A stretch of DNA of 64,000 bases, taken from contig JBGVHH010000098.1 in assembly GCA_045122195.1 (NCBI GenBank), positions 25,820 to 89,819 on the forward strand. Reading direction: 5' to 3'. Under the pieces are notes generated by a model. The model saw only the letters and a program-made list of their open reading frames with translations, made no database searches and was not told where the DNA came from. The first letter of the stretch is position 1; every line of letters begins with the position of its first letter. This document shows, piece after piece, positions 61,298 through 64,000 of this stretch. Source of the DNA: Agathobacter sp. (GTDB lineage: Bacteria; Bacillota; Clostridia; Lachnospirales; Lachnospiraceae). Position numbers and translations under genes: made by a program.

Positions 61298-62326
61298 TTA
61301 TCTTTTATTCAATAATGTATAAGTTCTTTTCGCAATATCCTGAATTTTTTCCTGATACATGACACCGCCCAAATCATAGGCAACCTTTGGCATTCCATAT
61401 ACAACACAGGTTGACTCGTCCTGTCCGATAGTTCTTGCTCCTGCATCATACATAGCCTTAAGACCTTTTGCGCCATCTCCCCCCATTCCGGTTAGAATAA
61501 TTCCAATCGCTCTATCCTTTACTATATTTGCTACAGAATCAAATAGAACATCCACCGACGGACAGTGACCACTAACTTTTGGTCCTTTTTTAAGGGATAC
61601 CTGCAAGCGTTCTCCTGTCTTCACAACAGTCATCTGTTCATCTCCACCAGGTGCAATAAGTACAACTCCCGGTGTAATAACGTCACCATTTTTTGCTTCT
61701 TTTACAGTTACTCGGCACTGATTATTTAATCTGTTTGCATACATATTGGTAAATCCCGAAGGCATATGTTGCACAATAACAGTACCAGGAATATCAGGAC
61801 CAAAATCCTTAATTACTTCTGCGATAGCTTCTGTTCCACCTGTTGATGCACCAATTGCAACAACAGAAACATTTGATGCCCCCGTATTCTTCTGCTGAAT
61901 ACTTTCAACCGGTCTGTTTTTATATCTGCTAACTCTAGCAGTCGAAGCCACCTTCACTTTGACAGGCAACTCATTTTCTAAAAAGTTCTGAAGTGACAAT
62001 TTGTCTGACACCATTGGCTTAGCAACAAAATCAACTGCTCCCGCTTTCATTGCATCAAAGACCTTCTCACTTAATGCACTTATAACCACTACTGGCAATG
62101 GATACTGCGGCATAAGTTTTCTCAAAAATTCCAAACCACTCATCTTCGGAAGTTCAATATCCAAAGTCATCACATCAGGTTCATATTCAATAATCTTATC
62201 CCTCGCTTCAAAAGGATCCGAAGCAGTAGCAACAACTTCAATAGCATCATCCTGATTAAGACTTTTCACAAGCAACCCTCTAAACACTAGGGAATCTTCA
62301 ACCACCAAAACTCTGATTTTTTTCAT
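61298..62326 (-). CDS. cheB: Chemotaxis methylesterase CheB
   Basis: REC plus GASTGG, VQHMP, PSVD.LF, ILTGMG.DGA, QDE...VVYGMP. Confidence 0.96.
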   Translation of the reverse strand: MKKIRVLVVEDSLVFRGLLVKSLNQDDAIEVVATASDPFEARDKIIEYEPDVMTLDIELPKMSGLEFLRKLMPQYPLPVVVISALSEKVFDAMKAGAVDFVAKPMVSDKLSLQNFLENELPVKVKVASTARVSRYKNRPVESIQQKNTGASNVSVVAIGASTGGTEAIAEVIKDFGPDIPGTVIVQHMPSGFTNMYANRLNNQCRVTVKEAKNGDVITPGVVLIAPGGDEQMTVVKTGERLQVSLKKGPKVSGHCPSVDVLFDSVANIVKDRAIGIILTGMGGDGAKGLKAMYDAGARTIGQDESTCVVYGMPKVAYDLGGVMYQEKIQDIAKRTYTLLNKR

Positions 62327-62341
62327 TGTCTTCCCCCCTTA

Positions 62342-63145
62342 TTATCTTCTAAATACCGCAGGTGCAACTAGTTCAAAAGGGAAGTCTTCTCTATTCAAAG
62401 TTTCTGTTCTCCCTAAAAACAGATATCCACCAGGTTCTAAGCAATCATATACTTTTTGTAATATACTTTTTTTCGTCTTATCATCAAAATATATTAATAC
62501 ATTTCGTAAAAAAACAACATGCATCTTCTTTCTAAACGGAAATCTATCCAATAAATTAAACTGCCTAAACATTACTTCCTTTTTTAGTTCATCTGTCACT
62601 TCATAACTGTCTTCGCCTGGAATTTGACGAAAAAATCTTCTTTTCCAATGAATTGGCAAGGGGTCTATCTGTTCTCCTGTATACATTCCCCTTATTGCCT
62701 GCGATAATATTCCGGTAGAAACATCAGTAGCTAGTACCTGTGTATCCCAACGCGCCTTTTCCAACCCAAAAAAATCAAATAAAATCATTGCAATCGTATA
62801 AGGTTCTTCTCCAGATGATGATGCTGCACACCAAATATGCAAATCTTTGCTATTTTCTTCTTTTTTCTTTAAATAGGGTAAAATTTCATTTTTCAAATAA
62901 TCAAAATGTTCTGTTTCCCTCATAAAATATGTATGATTTGTTGTAAGCAAATCAACCAGTTTTTTTTCGAGTTTTCCCGTAATGTCCTGTTCAACCATAT
63001 CCATATACTGCCAATAACTTTTAAAACCATTTTGACGTATATAATTTTCAAGCCGACCTTCCATTATTGTTTTTTTCTGTCCCATATCAATGCCATATTT
63101 TCCTTTAAGAAAATCCCGAATTCTGTAGAATTCTTCGTTTGTCAT
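62342..63145 (-). CDS. cheR: Chemotaxis methyltransferase CheR
   Basis: TTNHTYF.RE, WCAASSSGEEPYT, ATD, RNVLIYFD, GGYLF.G..E. Confidence 0.96.
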   Translation of the reverse strand: MTNEEFYRIRDFLKGKYGIDMGQKKTIMEGRLENYIRQNGFKSYWQYMDMVEQDITGKLEKKLVDLLTTNHTYFMRETEHFDYLKNEILPYLKKKEENSKDLHIWCAASSSGEEPYTIAMILFDFFGLEKARWDTQVLATDVSTGILSQAIRGMYTGEQIDPLPIHWKRRFFRQIPGEDSYEVTDELKKEVMFRQFNLLDRFPFRKKMHVVFLRNVLIYFDDKTKKSILQKVYDCLEPGGYLFLGRTETLNREDFPFELVAPAVFRR

Positions 63146-63165
63146 AACAGACCGCCTTTATACTA

Positions 63166-63999
63166 TTAACAAAACTGTCTTGAAATCTTCTTGCATATAT
63201 CAAATATGTCAGAATTATACTTAACACCTGACTCGCTCTCTAGAATTTCCAAAGCCTCTTCTCTTGAATATGCCTGTCTATGTTTTCTATCTTCTGTAAG
63301 TGCACAATAACCACTTACAAGCGCTACTATCTGAGCCGAGAGAGGAATCTGCTCACCCTCCAAATGTTCCGGATATCCTGTTCCATTCCAGTTCTCATGA
63401 TGATAATTAGCAATTTCTATAGACATCTTAACAAAATCATTATAATCACCCTGTTCCTGAACATCTTTCAAAATTTTTGCACCAATAAGAGTGTGTTTTT
63501 TCATAATCTCCATTTCATCAGAATTTAACGTTCCCTCCTTCTGTAGAATATCTGTAGGAATTGCAACGTTACCCAAATCACTAAGTGGAGCAGCAAGTTC
63601 GATTGTCTCTATAAACATATCTGATATTTTATTCTCAAATAAAGGAGACAACTGCATTGCCTGCGCTAAAACTTTGCAATTGTGCTGTAATCTTTCCATA
63701 TGATTAACATCATATGAGGCGTTTTCTCTTGACACTCTGCCAATTGCATACAGTACATTCTTTTTCTCTTTTTCCATCTGTTTAAGCTGTTCCTGAATGG
63801 ATGAAGCTAATTTCCTATTTGCACTTTCTAAATCAGCATTCATATCAGCCATTTTTAAATGAACATTTACCCTGGCCTGAACAACCTCATGAATAAATGG
63901 TTTTGTAATATAATCTTCTCCACCTATCGAAAAACCTTTTATAATATCATCCGGCTGATCAAAAGCAGAAATAAAAATAATAGGAATTTTCTTTAAAAT
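63166..63999 (-). CDS. Response regulator with degenerate HD-GYP domain (5' part off the right edge)
   Basis: Frame stays open to the window end (IPIIFISA...GG.DYITKPF...ARV..HL is a REC tail). HD-GYP has HHENWNGTGYP but SDLGN in place of HDIGK. Confidence 0.88.
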   Translation of the reverse strand: MLKKIPIIFISAFDQPDDIIKGFSIGGEDYITKPFIHEVVQARVNVHLKMADMNADLESANRKLASSIQEQLKQMEKEKKNVLYAIGRVSRENASYDVNHMERLQHNCKVLAQAMQLSPLFENKISDMFIETIELAAPLSDLGNVAIPTDILQKEGTLNSDEMEIMKKHTLIGAKILKDVQEQGDYNDFVKMSIEIANYHHENWNGTGYPEHLEGEQIPLSAQIVALVSGYCALTEDRKHRQAYSREEALEILESESGVKYNSDIFDICKKISRQFC

Positions 64000-64000
64000 T

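Noticed and set aside
2441-63703. Numerous 60-185 aa antisense or overlapping ORFs in the track
   Set aside because: They lie inside well-supported genes, lack SD sequences and motifs, and show antisense-type composition.
1-64000. Mobile elements, prophage, rRNA or tRNA genes
   Set aside because: No transposase, integrase or phage motifs. No intergenic region fits a structural RNA other than the T-box.

Overview
Low-GC (AT-rich) chromosomal window from a spore-forming, chemotactic Clostridia member, most consistent with Lachnospiraceae (sigK lacking a pro-sequence, spoIVA, NfnAB, T-box-controlled trp operon). Most genes lie on the minus strand. I saw no rRNA, tRNA, CRISPR array, prophage or IS element. 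Housekeeping content: yifB/comM fragment, sigK, rluA, PcrA/UvrD helicase, gltX, alaS, rpsU, greA, uppP, trpEGCFBAD, malQ, pullulanase, GH36 alpha-galactosidase with a MelB-type symporter, CobW metallochaperones and a second chemosensory (che) cluster. The most interesting elements are: (1) a three-gene module of a SARP/BTAD regulator with a degenerate GGDEF domain that keeps the RxxD I-site, a SipW-type signal peptidase, and a single-chain SipW-class B sortase fusion with both active sites intact and no substrate nearby; (2) a tightly packed four-gene operon of unknown function built around a degenerate Hsp70-fold protein, a 1184-aa repeat protein, a TPR protein and a membrane coiled-coil protein; (3) several apparent pseudoenzymes (a GlgX-like protein lacking the GH13 catalytic motifs, a REC-HD-GYP with HD changed to SD, a hybrid kinase fused to a divergent DegV domain). 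Family names come from motif recognition and recall, not database searches. Several starts were moved to the ATG/TTG behind the visible Shine-Dalgarno.
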